Shown: one piece after another, positions 52,261 through 63,567 of the stretch
Layout: every line of letters starts with the position of its first letter
Numbering within the stretch: position 1 is the stretch's first letter
Source: Torpedo marmorata
Taxonomy: Eukaryota
Assembly: GCA_977017645.1 (NCBI GenBank)
Contig: OZ360222.1
Coordinates: 44,950,001-45,014,000 of the forward strand
Reading direction: 5' to 3'
Length of the DNA: 64,000 bases
The notes under the pieces: model-generated
What the model was told of the DNA's origin: nothing
Seen by the model: only the letters and a program-made list of their open reading frames with translations
Databases searched by the model: none
Translations under genes and position numbers: made by a program

Positions 52261-55200
52261 TCCAACTTTAATACCTACAATTTTAATATCTTGTCTAATT
52301 AATTCTGCTAAAGGTTCTATTGCTAAAATAAACAATGCTGGCGACAAAGGACATCCTTGTCTAGTTGGCCTAGTCAACAAAACTTTTGTTTTTTTTTAAT
52401 ATATTTTATTTTAAGTTTTCAAATTTTTCACAATAATACAAAATAGTACAAAATATATGATAAACATTAATGAGTTCAATACAAACAAAATTCGTATTAC
52501 CGTGATTCTAACCCCATCTCAACCCACCCTCACTAAAACAACCCACCCTCCACCCTTCCCATCCCTTACTCCCTCCCCTAACTAAAAATAAAGAAAAAAG
52601 AAGAAAGAGGAGAAGACATTGACATTTATCAAAAAAAAAACATCCGTACGGGTCCACGGCTCGGTGCGAGACATTCAATAGTATTCATTCTTTAAGTTTA
52701 AATTTAAGAGAGTCAGCAGGGTCTAGGATGTAGAGCAACACATTTAAATATTCATTCCTAATAATTGGATAAATGGACGCCAAATTTGCAAAAATATCCC
52801 ATATTTATTCCTCATATTATATGTTATTCTTTCCAATGGAATACAACTCCGCATCTATCCATCTATCCATACTTAAATTTATATCCGATTTCCAAGTTAC
52901 TGCTATACATTTCCTTGCTACTGCTAATGCAATTTTTACAAATTTCAATTGCCATGTAGATAACTTCAATTTTGGTCTAGTTCCTTCCACATTTCCCAAT
53001 AAAAATAAATCAGGATTCTGTGGAAATGTAACACCTGTAATTTGTTTTAACCGATTTCCTAGCTCTATCCAAAAACCTTTAACTTTTGGACATGACCACG
53101 TTGAGTGTAAAAAGGTTCCTTCTTCTTCACCACATCTAAAACATCTATTTGATATCATAGAATTTATCTTATTCAATTTTTGTGGTGTAAGATATCATTG
53201 ATGTAAAAAGTTATATTGTACCAATCTATATCTTACATTAACAGTATTAGTCATACTATCTAAACATAAATCCGACCACCTTTTTTCATCAATTGTAACA
53301 TTAAGATCTTGTTCCCATCTTTGTCTAGATTTATGAAGTCCTCGTTTTAAAGCTCCCCTTTGTAGCAAAGAATACACTATAGAAGTAAATTTCTTAATAT
53401 TTCCTTTCCTAATAAGAGTTTCTACCTCACTACAATCTTGTAACAACAAATCTGGACCTAGTTTTTCTCTTAAATAACCTCTTAGTTGAAAATAATAAAA
53501 AAGAGTATTATTGGGTATTCCATATTTATTCCGTAATTGTATAAATGACATCAATTGATTTCCTTCATAACAATCTTCTATCTTCTCTATTCCTTTTAAT
53601 GATCAAGTATTTAAAAATTGATTATCTTTTGTAAATGGTATAAGGTTATTCTGTATCAAAGGCACTTTGGGTGATATACTTCCTTTCAACCCTATGTCAT
53701 CATTAACCTTATTCCAAACATTAATCAAATGTTTTAATAACGGCGTTTCTTTAACACCTGTCAATAGTTTTGAATTCCATTTGTATATAAATTCTTGTGG
53801 TACCTTTTCTCCTATTTCTCCTAGTTCTATTCCAACCCACGCAGGTCTTTCTTCAGTTTCAAAAAAAGAAGCAACAAATCGCATTTGTGCCGCTCGGTAA
53901 TAATTCTTAAAATTAGGGAGTTGCAAACCCCCCAATTCATATTTCCATGTTAAACGTTCCATTGAAACTCTTGACATTTTACCTTTCCATAAAAATTTTC
54001 GCACTTGTTTATTTAAGTCCTGAAAGAAAACCTGTGGTAATAAAATAGGTATAGTCTGATACAAATACTGTATCCTTGGAAATATATTCATTTTGATACA
54101 GTTAACTCTTCCTATCAGTGTAATTGGTAAATTAGTCCACTTTTCTAAATCCTCCTTAATCTTGTTAAGTAATGGTACATAGTTCCATTTATATAGATTT
54201 TTTAATTTATTATCTGTCCGAACCCCAAGATATTTTATTCCATTATGTGGCCATTTAAACTGAGTAGTTCTTTTGCATACAGTATAGTCTCCCTCTGTAA
54301 GAGGCATAACTTCACTTTTATCCCAATTTATCTTGTAACCAGAGACTTTTCCATATTCCTTCAACAAAACTTTTGAAGAAATTTGTCCATTTGTCACCAC
54401 TCTCGCAAAAGGTTCTTTATATATAGTTTTAATCCAATTAATAAATGTATTTCCAAAACCAAATTTTTCTAACACTTTAAATAAATAGTTCCACTCTAAT
54501 CTATCAAAAGCTTTTTCGGCATCTAATGTTAATACTAATGCTAATTCTTTCTTTTGTGCCACATTTATTAAACTAATCAATATTATCCTTTGAACATCTA
54601 TTTTTAATAAAATCTGCTTGATCAGCATGAATTAAATCAGGTAAATATATCGCCACTCTATTTGCTAAAATTTTTGCCATTATCTTATAATCTACATTTA
54701 ACAATGAAATCGGCCTATATGATTCCGTTTTCAACAAATCTCTATTTTTTTTGGTATAACCGTTATTATTGCATTTGAAAACGTTTCCGGTAGAGAATGA
54801 GATTCCGTTATTTTTAACACCTCCATATATGGAGGTATCAATAAATCCTTAAATTCCTTATAAAATTCTGATGGGAAACCATCCTCCCCCGGAGTCTTTC
54901 CACTTGTCAAGGAACTAAGAGCATCATTAACTTTCTCTCATCGTAAACGATGCATCTAAAAATTCTTTACCTTGAATATTTAATCTAGGTAATTTAACTT
55001 TAGATAAAAATTCATTAATTTTAGATTCATCTTTATCAGTTTAAGATTTATATAAATTTAAATAAAATTCCTTTCTCGAGGTTTATATGTTGGAAAAGAA
55101 GAACATAAAATTAGTTTGTTTGCAGATGATGTATTGATTTACATGACAAAACCTATTGATTCTTTAATGCAACTGACTGTTTTATTGAGAGAATATGGGG

Positions 55201-57034
55201 AAATATCTTGTTATAAGATTAATTCTAATAAAAGTGAAATTATGGCATTGACACAAGGAGATTATAATAAATGTAAAGAAACTACTCGATTTAAATGGTC
55301 TAATAATGGAATTAAATATTTGGGAATAAAAATAGATACAAAATTAGGTAATTTATATAAATTAAATTATTTACCATTATTTACTAATATTAAAAAAGAT
55401 TTAGAGAATTGGAAAGACTTACCTATAACTTTAATAGGAAGGGTAAATTGTATCAAAATGAATGTCTTTCCAAGAATTCAATATCTTTTTCAATCAATTC
55501 CTTATGAAATTCCTCAATTTTTTTAAGGATTTAATTTTAATTATTAGGAAATTTTTGTGGAAAGGAAAGTTGGCTAGAGTAGGTATGGAGAAATTAACCT
55601 GGGATTACGAAATGGGTGGTTTACAACTTCCCAATTTTCAAATTTATTATAAAGTAGCTCAATTAAAATTTATTAACGAAATGTTTGATTTAGGAAAATC
55701 TTCTGCTTGTATTAGAATAGAACTAAATAATATAGGAGAAGATTTGAAAGAAGTTATTTATAAATGGAATTCTAAATTATTATTAGGAGGAGGTAAAAAC
55801 TCTCCTATTTTAAGGCATTTGTTAGAAATATGGAATAAAATTGATAGGGAGATAGGAGGGAAAGGGTTAATTTCTTGTAAAATGCCTTTATATCAAAATA
55901 AACATCCTATTTACTATTGATAATCAATTGTTTAAAATTTGGTTTCAAAAAGGGATTAAAAAAGTAAATGACTGTTTTGAAGCTGGTAAATTTATCACTT
56001 TTCAAAGAATGAAAGAGAAGTTTAATGTATTAAATAATACACTCTTTGCTTATTATCAATTAAGAGCATTTTTCTTGAAAAGTTAGGACATAGTTTAATC
56101 TTACCAAGACAAAGTGAATTGGAGTTACTAGTTATTAATGGGGGTATAAATAAATTTATTTCTCAAATGTATAGATTGTTACAGAAAAAAATGCCTAAAC
56201 CAGGAATTCATAAATCAAGATTAAAATGGGAATTAGATCTGAATGTAACAATAGATGAGGAACATTGGAAAGAAATATGTAAACAAAGTATGACGAAGAT
56301 TATTAACGTTAGATATAGGTTAGTGCAATATAACTTTTTGCATCAGTTATATTTAACTCCTAAGAAACTAAAGAAATTTAATCCGACATTATCAGGTTTA
56401 TGTTTTAGATGTAATAAGGAGGAAGGTTCTTTTGTACATTCTATGTGGTTTTGTCCAAAGATATATGATTTTTGGTTGAAAGTTAAAAAGTTTTTAGATA
56501 AAGTATTAAGAATGACACTCCCAATGGATCCTATGATATTTTTGATTGGAGATATTAAAAGAATTAGTATTAAAATGAGATTAAATAATTACCAAATAGA
56601 ATTTTTGTGAATTGCTTTAGCTGTTTCAAAGAAATGCATTGCTATTACATGGAAATCTGATGTAGATTTAGGGTTAGAAAGATGGCATGCAGAACTTCGT
56701 TCATGCATACCACTTAAAAAAATTACCTATAATTTAAGTAATAAATATCATTTCTTTTTGAAGGTATGGAGCCCATATATAAAAACTGTGGGTTTAAGGA
56801 TTTGAAGATCTCTTGATATCGGGTCTGACTGGTGAACCTGTGTTCCCAATAAAATTAATCTATAGTTGTTTTCTTTTAGAATGACATTCTCCACACTCTA
56901 TTCTTTTCTTTCTTTTTTTAGTAGAGTAGAGGGGGTGCGTGGGTTAGGGAGGGGGAAGGAAGGGAGGGGAGGGTGAAAATATATCACATGTATTATCGTG
57001 TGATTTAAAATTTTAAATAAAATATTTTTTAAGA
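52261..57034. mobile_element. L1 with 5' inversion (twin priming): inverted part on minus (52261-52388 plus 54376 to about 55072), direct part on plus (about 55085-57034)
   Basis: 15-bp TSD AATGAATGCTTATTT at 52246-52260 and 57035-57049; the ORF2 reading ...VGIKVG | KEEHKISLFADD is continuous between the TSD-proximal end of the inverted part and the start of the direct part. Confidence 0.88.
52389..54360 (-). mobile_element. Second 5'-truncated L1 nested in the inverted segment
   Basis: 15-bp TSD TCAACAAAACTTTTG at 52374-52388 and 54361-54375; poly(A) tail and AATAAA at about 52389-52410. Confidence 0.88.
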
Positions 57035-57069
57035 AATGAATGCTTATTTAAGATTTAGGAATTACGAGT

Positions 57070-57390
57070 CTGTTTCCCATGGCTGAGGTGTCGAAAGGTA
57101 GAGGGCATGCATGTGCTTAAGGTGAGAGTGAGAAGGTTTAAAGGGTATCTGAAGGGTAATTTTTTCCACACAAAGTACGGTTGGTATCTGGAATAAGCTT
57201 CCAGAGGAGGAAGTGGTGGCAGGAATTGTAACAATGTTTAAGTGGCACCTGGACAGATACTTCAAATGGCGAGGCAACTGAGGGATTTTGAATTAATGCA
57301 AGTGTGATTAATGTAGATGGGCATAATGGTCACTAGAGTCATAGTGGGCTGAAGGGTCTGTTTCCATTCAATCCAGGTCTATAACTATGA
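57070..57390 (+). mobile_element. CR1 3' fragment
   Basis: Degenerate RGH..KV...FFTQ..V.IWN.LP; CTATGACT-like tail. Confidence 0.7.
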
Positions 57391-57985
57391 CTCAATGATT
57401 TGAAACAAAGCTCTAAGTTATTGTCAGTGCTAATATGGAATTTTATTCCAATTACCACAGAATTTGTAAGGAAATCAGAAATGCTTTCTTGGATTGACAT
57501 ATTTCAACATTTTTCTGAAAAACACAATGCAGTATTAATTAAATGTTGTATCTTAAAATCAAAAATTTGTTTTGTTTTTATTACTGTGTTCCTGGTAGGC
57601 TGAAATTCCTCCTAAAAGATAAACCAAGAGCCCCCCCTGGTGATGAAAGTTCAAACAGAAAGGCATGGTACAAACACAAACTGTCTGGAGGCATTCAGAG
57701 AGTTGAGCAGTATCTGTGGAGGGTGGGCAGAGAGATAAGGAAATGTCAGCAATTTGGGCCGAGGCCCTGCATCAGGACAGGTCAATCTGCCGAGTTCCCA
57801 AGGAGCACATGTAAACTCCACACAGACAGCACCTGAGATCATGATTGAACCTGTATCTCTGGAGCTGTGAGAGAGCAGTGCAAAATGCTGCATCACTATG
57901 TTGCCTTTTTTTCTAGAATTGCAATTAGGGGAGATCGTTACAACGTAAACAACCAACGTATAGAGACCACATAATAAAAATGTAC

Positions 57986-58096
57986 CTGGGAAGGTGACTT
58001 TATCAGCTGCTTCATTATTTCTCTTCTCGTTGATGTTATTCCATAACAGCTTCATGCATTCAACATTCTTTTCTTCGAGATCAGTCAATGGAATAT
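57986..58096 (-). CDS. MOCS3: MOCS3 exon (Y)IPLTDLEEKNVECMKLLWNNINEKRNNEAADKVTFP
   Basis: Acceptor GTCAG|AT and donor CCAG|GTACA; 111 nt, phase 1/1; joins both neighbouring exons in frame. Confidence 0.88.
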
Positions 58097-58764
58097 CTGA
58101 CATTGTGCTTAAGAAACAATACTAAAAGCTTTTAATCTGAAAACAAGATCAATTATTCATGCAAAATAATTACAAACAAGGTGAGTTGATGAAGAGAATA
58201 CAGATTGACTCTACCAATCATCCAGAAACCGAGACTAATGACTTTGGGACACGAGGAATTAAATAGTTACAACCAAAATGGATAGGAAACTAGCTTAAAG
58301 GTAGTAGTGGTAAATGGTTATTTTTCTGGACAGAAGTATGACTATGGATAACTCAGATCAATGCTGGGACCACTGCTTTATTCAATACAAATGACTTAGA
58401 CATGAGTACACAAGATAAAATTTCCAAAATCTGCTGATATCAAGAAGCTTGGAAGTGTGGCAAACAGTGAAGAGGATACAATAGTCTGAAAGATAATTTA
58501 GATAGAACAAGTAAACAACTGGGAAAAGAATACAGAGCAAAAATGACCATTGAGGCAGAAAGGGAGATAACATTGTCTAAATGGTGCCATTCTAAAGAGT
58601 GTGTAGGAACAGAGGTACCCAACTGAAGATGTGCATAAATACTTGAGTCATGGGTTTGTTGATAGAATGATTATTAAAGAATATAGTTTCATTACTGGAG
58701 ACAAAGTACAAAAACTGAGGAGTTACTTTGAAAAATCAAAAAGCAGATGCTGGAAATGTAAAAT

Positions 58765-58937
58765 AAAAACAGAAAATACTGGAAATACTCAGCAGGTCAG
58801 GCTGCATCTGTGGGAAGAGAAACAGTGCTCAAGTTTTAGGTCAAAGGCCTTTCATCAGAACAGGTAAACAACTCTGTTGTTTCTCTTCCTACAGATGCGG
58901 CTCAATTCGCTGAGTATTTCCAGTATTTTCTGTTTTT
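58765..58937. repeat. Fold-back element built from Penelope tails
   Basis: Perfect 29-bp inverted repeat at 58765-58793 / 58909-58937, extending imperfectly to about 60 bp; hammerhead-like core in the loop. Confidence 0.8.
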
Positions 58938-60240
58938 GTACAAGTTATTTTGAACCTGAACTCCTGATCTGTGAGAGTATCCTGAACATCTTGGACCCAG
59001 AGACCATTTTTAAATTAGAGGTTGCATGCCAAAATTGTTGCCAGCTTGTCTGTGTACCTGACAAGCAAATGCATAGTAGCCACTGCACATGTACAGTAAA
59101 CACCAATTATTCAAAATTCTATTGTGCAATATTGATCGGAGGAGTGAGACCTGCTTTGGCATATTAATGTGAAGTGTCTACTCTACTTGTGTGACCCTTA
59201 AAGTCCAACTTGCCACCTTTAACTCCCCAACTTTACCACTCCCTCCTTGTTACAGAAGTCATTGAAATTTACCACACACAAAGGAGATCATTGTATCCAA
59301 GTCAATCAAAATATTGTGGATTTGGTTGCTTCCATTTCCCACCTCTTCATCCACATCCCCACATCCTATGGCTGGTCAAGAGTTCTGCTGGTTCATCTTT
59401 ATATATTTGAAGCCTAAAATATTGTTCCCATTATCCACACTGTGAATTTTGTTTAATCTATTCATTTATCAAATATAGTGTTGACAATTAAGTTCTACGC
59501 ATATACCATGAGAGCAAGGTTCCTATTACAGACTTCTTTATACAGCATGTTACACATGATCACTAAAAATCTTGTTAATCATTACCTTTTGCTTCCCCTC
59601 CCAATGAGTCAATTTGGAATCCAGTATGGGGATCCATCTCACCTCCACCTTCTGTGAAACTTAAAACTAACTTATTTTCTCTCTTTCCCAGTTCTGCCAA
59701 ATGGTCTTCAATCCAAAATGTCAACTCTGTTGCTCTTTCACTAACCTGTTGATTATTTCCAATATTTTGTTTTTACCACAGGCCAAGATTTGGGTGCCCT
59801 GGTCCATACATGGAATAAAGGTGCTTAATCAGTTCTGAAATAACTTCTTGGAAGACAAAACAAAGATTTATATTAATAGTTTGAAAAAGAATAAAGCTGC
59901 TCACTTTTGATAACAACCGCAAATTTGTTGAAAGTAGATGAGAAACAATTGTGAAAATAATGCAAAAGCTCAGAAATAACTGCATGAAGACTGGGAAAAC
60001 CAATAATAATAAACTTTAATCAAAGGAAACGAGTAAGTGCAGCAATTAAAAAGGAATCAGTTTGCTGAGTACACCCAGTAAAGCATTTTCTTAAACACTG
60101 CTGAGAACGAAAACATGCATAGTATTTGCAAAATATGATGAATTAACTGCTTTTACACCAAGATGAAGTATAATAGATCAACAGTTTATGTTAAGACAGA
60201 TTTCAGAGAAATTTATAAAACATAACATTTATTGTTGCAG

Positions 60241-61070
60241 CAAGAATGGCGGCGCTGCTGGAGCCGCTGTAGCGGCAGCGCTGCCGCTGGTGCGGACCCG
60301 CGGGGAGCGTGGGAGCGGAGATACAGCGCTCCCACGGGGTCCAGCCGCCCAGTCGACTGCCATCGGTTCCGCACGGGCTTTGAACGGCCCGTTAAAGGAG
60401 CCGACGGTGGTTTTATTTGAGATCCCGCGACCACGGGGTCTGCGCCCAAGATGGCAGCGCCTTTAACCGGCAGCAGCCACGAGGGGCTGCAGACTCCGGG
60501 GAAGCGGAGGACTGGAGCAGGGCACCAGAGGACAGGAAGATCACCCCCGTCTGAGAAGGAGAAGCAGAGGAGACGACCCACGGGACGGTGACCACGGCAG
60601 CGGACAGGTGAGGGGCTCTGAGGCTGAAGGACCAGTGCATGCGGCGGGCTGCTGGCGACTCGAGGAACCCGCGGAGGCTGTGGGCTGCTGTCGGGGGACT
60701 CACACCAGGCTGCGGACTGCTGGAGGCTGGCTCGAACTGGCTGGAGGAGTACCAGGTATCGGAACCGGGATGCGAGGGGGTGCTGAGGGCGCCCTGACCG
60801 TGTTGGAGGTTCGGATCTGGAGCTCGGGTTGCCGATGGTTTGGACTGGACTCTGTGTGGCTGCGGAAGCACTGGAGGCGAATCTATGGACACTCGGTGAC
60901 TCTGAGGGATCTCTTTTGCTTCTCTTTCTCTGACTGTAAGGAATGTTAGAGGCGCTTAGACAATTTCTGCCGGTGGCGAATCTGTCTGCCTTGTAGCAGG
61001 CAAAAAGAAATTTCATGGAATATGACACTGTCTTATTACTATGACAATAAAATGAATCTTGAATCTTGAA
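60241..61070 (+). mobile_element. GC-rich SINE-like repeat, probably the most complete copy
   Basis: Starts AAGAATGGCGGCG; ends TGACAATAAAATGAATCTTGAATCTTGAA; homologous to 6838-7695. Confidence 0.72.
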
Positions 61071-62614
61071 CTTCATAAATTTTAGGCATGCCTTTGAGAA
61101 CATATGGCAAGAAGTGTTCTAGCACATCTTGAAAATGTCTGGTATTGCTGAGAGACTTGTCACAGTGAAAGAAAACAACCACAAGTCCTCGAGCACTGCT
61201 AAAGTGTATAGAAATTGGAAGAAATGGGTTGAATTAATATTTCAGATTAACAAGGATGTACATTGCTTGATTTCTTTATTCTATTACTGGAAGCGGTCAT
61301 AAATATTGAACTGAGAGTTGATTTGGCTTCACACTTTTTGTTTAACATCACTTGGAGTCATGAATGAAATTGTTTTAAAATCCTCAACAAATTCCAAGAT
61401 GAAAATGCTTGCTGGATTCAAGATATTCAGTTCTGATAAACAAGAAAATTGAGAAAACTAATTGAAAAATCACCGAGGTCAAAGAAAGATTATTTATATT
61501 TTAAAACATGAAAACACTGTAAATGCTGACATTATGCAGTATTACCATTTCTAGTTTTATTTGTTAATGCATTAATCTATACAAACAAATGAGTAATTTA
61601 TAAAATGGATTACATCAATTGTTGAATTCTCACAATTGATCTCTTGCTCACATATTTCCTATCCCATCAAATCACCATGAAGGAAAAAAAGGGAGAAAAA
61701 GAATATCTCCAAATACATAACCCCTGTTAATTATCAGAGGTAAATTTTACAAAGTTAGGCTTATTTGCAATAAAGAACGGTCATGAATAGGATTAATACA
61801 AATAAAGAACTGCATAAAGACAAAGAGATCAGGATGAAATAGAAAATAGAAATTTAAACCAGTTAAAAATATGTTTTATTTAATCAAAGTGCTGTTAAGA
61901 GACCAAAGGTTTAAAAGGATAATAGAGACAGGAAATCCATATTGGAGGGGTACATGCTCCTTTATGTCAGTTTCCATTTTTTCTCCCCCATGTATATGTT
62001 TAATTTGAATAGAAACCAAATAGAAAACTATTGACAATGACTAGTAAAGAGAGAGAACACTCTGGCCTAGTAATGTTGATTTCACAAACTGCAAATGAAA
62101 ATTTACTCACCATGGAGTGAAACAAAAAAATGACAGGAAACATTTCCAGGTCATTTCACATCATTCTGGACATATGCTGGTTTGCACAGAAAGTTATATC
62201 TATCCTTCAAGTGATGCAGGTAATAATTCAGTGTTTTTCGTCATTGCACAGAAACTTCTCTAAAGCAAATCCTTTACTTGGCTTCTATTCTTTAGACATC
62301 CTTACCCAATATATTAGCTCATGACATATTCCACCCAAAACCAACCATCAATCTTGTCTTTCAGCCCTCCATTACAACTCTATTATCCAAAACTCCTATC
62401 TCCACTCAACCCCCGGCCATTATATCCAGTATCCTCCTCCCTCACAGCCACTTACCCGATTACCTGAATAACTTGACTTTAATAATGAAAATTATCTGCA
62501 TCATATTCCCTCAATATAGAATGAATGTAGTGGAACTGAAGTAGTTTATAAATTACACCCATTTTCTCCTACTTTTCACTGCATAACAATGAACAAAATT
62601 TAAAAAAAGGATAC

Positions 62615-62711
62615 AAATAGAGCTGGGTAGATGGCAAATATCAACCTCTACTTGTGGGCGAACATCCACCAGGACATGAGGAATATCTTCATCCAAAAGA
62701 TGTTTATATTC
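62615..62711 (-). CDS. MOCS3: MOCS3 exon, start of rhodanese domain [32 protein letters not shown]
   Basis: Acceptor CTGTAG|GAA; 97 nt; conserved [11 protein letters not shown] motif; donor T|GTATCCTTT (phase 1). Confidence 0.92.
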
Positions 62712-62959
62712 CTACAGTTATGGAGAAGGCAAATTATAACAGTGTCAGTACTTCTGAGCAACTTAAAGATCTTCTAAATAACTTGGATTTATGAATATTT
62801 AAAATAAACTGCAAAATTTAAAAAAATGTATAATAATATAAATGTATTCATTTTTCAGGCATGGAAAATGCAATGTATCAACAGAGCTACTACACTTCAA
62901 CTTATAAATGCATAGAAAACATTTGTCCTTGCTATGAAAGTAAAAAGAAAGCAGCTTAC

Positions 62960-63007
62960 CTGTACAGTTATTCTTTGTTCTCCAGTTAACAAATGAAGTG
63001 TCCTACA
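62960..63007 (-). CDS. MOCS3: MOCS3 (adenylyltransferase/sulfurtransferase, Uba4 family) internal exon CRTLHLLTGEQRITVQ
   Basis: Acceptor TTATAG|TGT and donor CAG|GTAAGC; 48 nt, phase 0/0. Resembles the human linker CRSLQLLSPEERVSV. Confidence 0.85.
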
Positions 63008-63309
63008 CTATAATTGGAATGCACAATCAGTGGAAGAGGGTCAGGTGTCAAGATAATAAACAGTAATTGGGTATCTTAAATGTGCACTATAAAACGATAA
63101 TCATTACTTCCTAAATGGGGCATGCAACTTAATCATGGACCACCTTGCATCATTATCATCATTACAACAGAAGATTGACTAAAATTAGGCTTGGATGTAC
63201 AGCCATCTCCAGCAGAAATATTCTCCATAAAATATTACGTGGGATCATAGGACCCACATAAGTATCCCAGTGCTTGAGAAATAAAGGTACCTAATGTGGA
63301 CCTTATTTT

Positions 63310-63567
63310 ATAATTTTAAATTTAGACATACAGCACGGTTACAGGCCATTTCGGCCCACGAGTCCGTGCCGCCCAATTTACACCCAATTAATCTACACCC
63401 CCAGTACGTTTTGAACAGTGGGAGGAAACCGGAGCCCCCGGGGAAAACCCACGCAGACACGGGGAGAACGTACAAACTCCTTACAGACAGCGCGGGATTC
63501 GAACCCCGGTCCCGATCGCTGGCGCTGTGAAGGCATTGCGCTAACCGCTACGCCAACCGTGCCGCCT
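63310..63567 (-). mobile_element. tRNA-derived SINE, young CpG-retaining copy
   Basis: TGGCGTAGCGGTTAGC...GGTTCGAATCCC; same family as the 51030 copy. Confidence 0.82.

Larger units (their letters stand above)
58097..62614 (-). other. MOCS3: U12-type (minor spliceosome) GT-AG intron of MOCS3
   Basis: 5' site GTATCCTTTT; branch-like TTTCTTAAG at 58116-58108, about 12 nt from the AG; no polypyrimidine tract. Confidence 0.8.

Noticed and set aside
53603-54628. 341-aa ORF as a novel RT lacking its catalytic core
   Set aside because: It is a chance in-frame fusion of two L1 copies across a TSD at 54361-54375.
57651-58103. 150-aa ORF as a standalone gene
   Set aside because: Only 58096-57986 is a MOCS3 exon; the rest runs into intron, SINE and Penelope sequence.
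60213-61103. 296-aa ORF and related ORFs at 7169-7650 and 47136-48041
   Set aside because: They are stop-poor frames of a GC-rich repeat; the frames are not conserved between copies.
63490-63567. tRNA gene (also at about 51030)
   Set aside because: A and B boxes are present, but there is no full cloverleaf and the sequence continues into a SINE body and tail.
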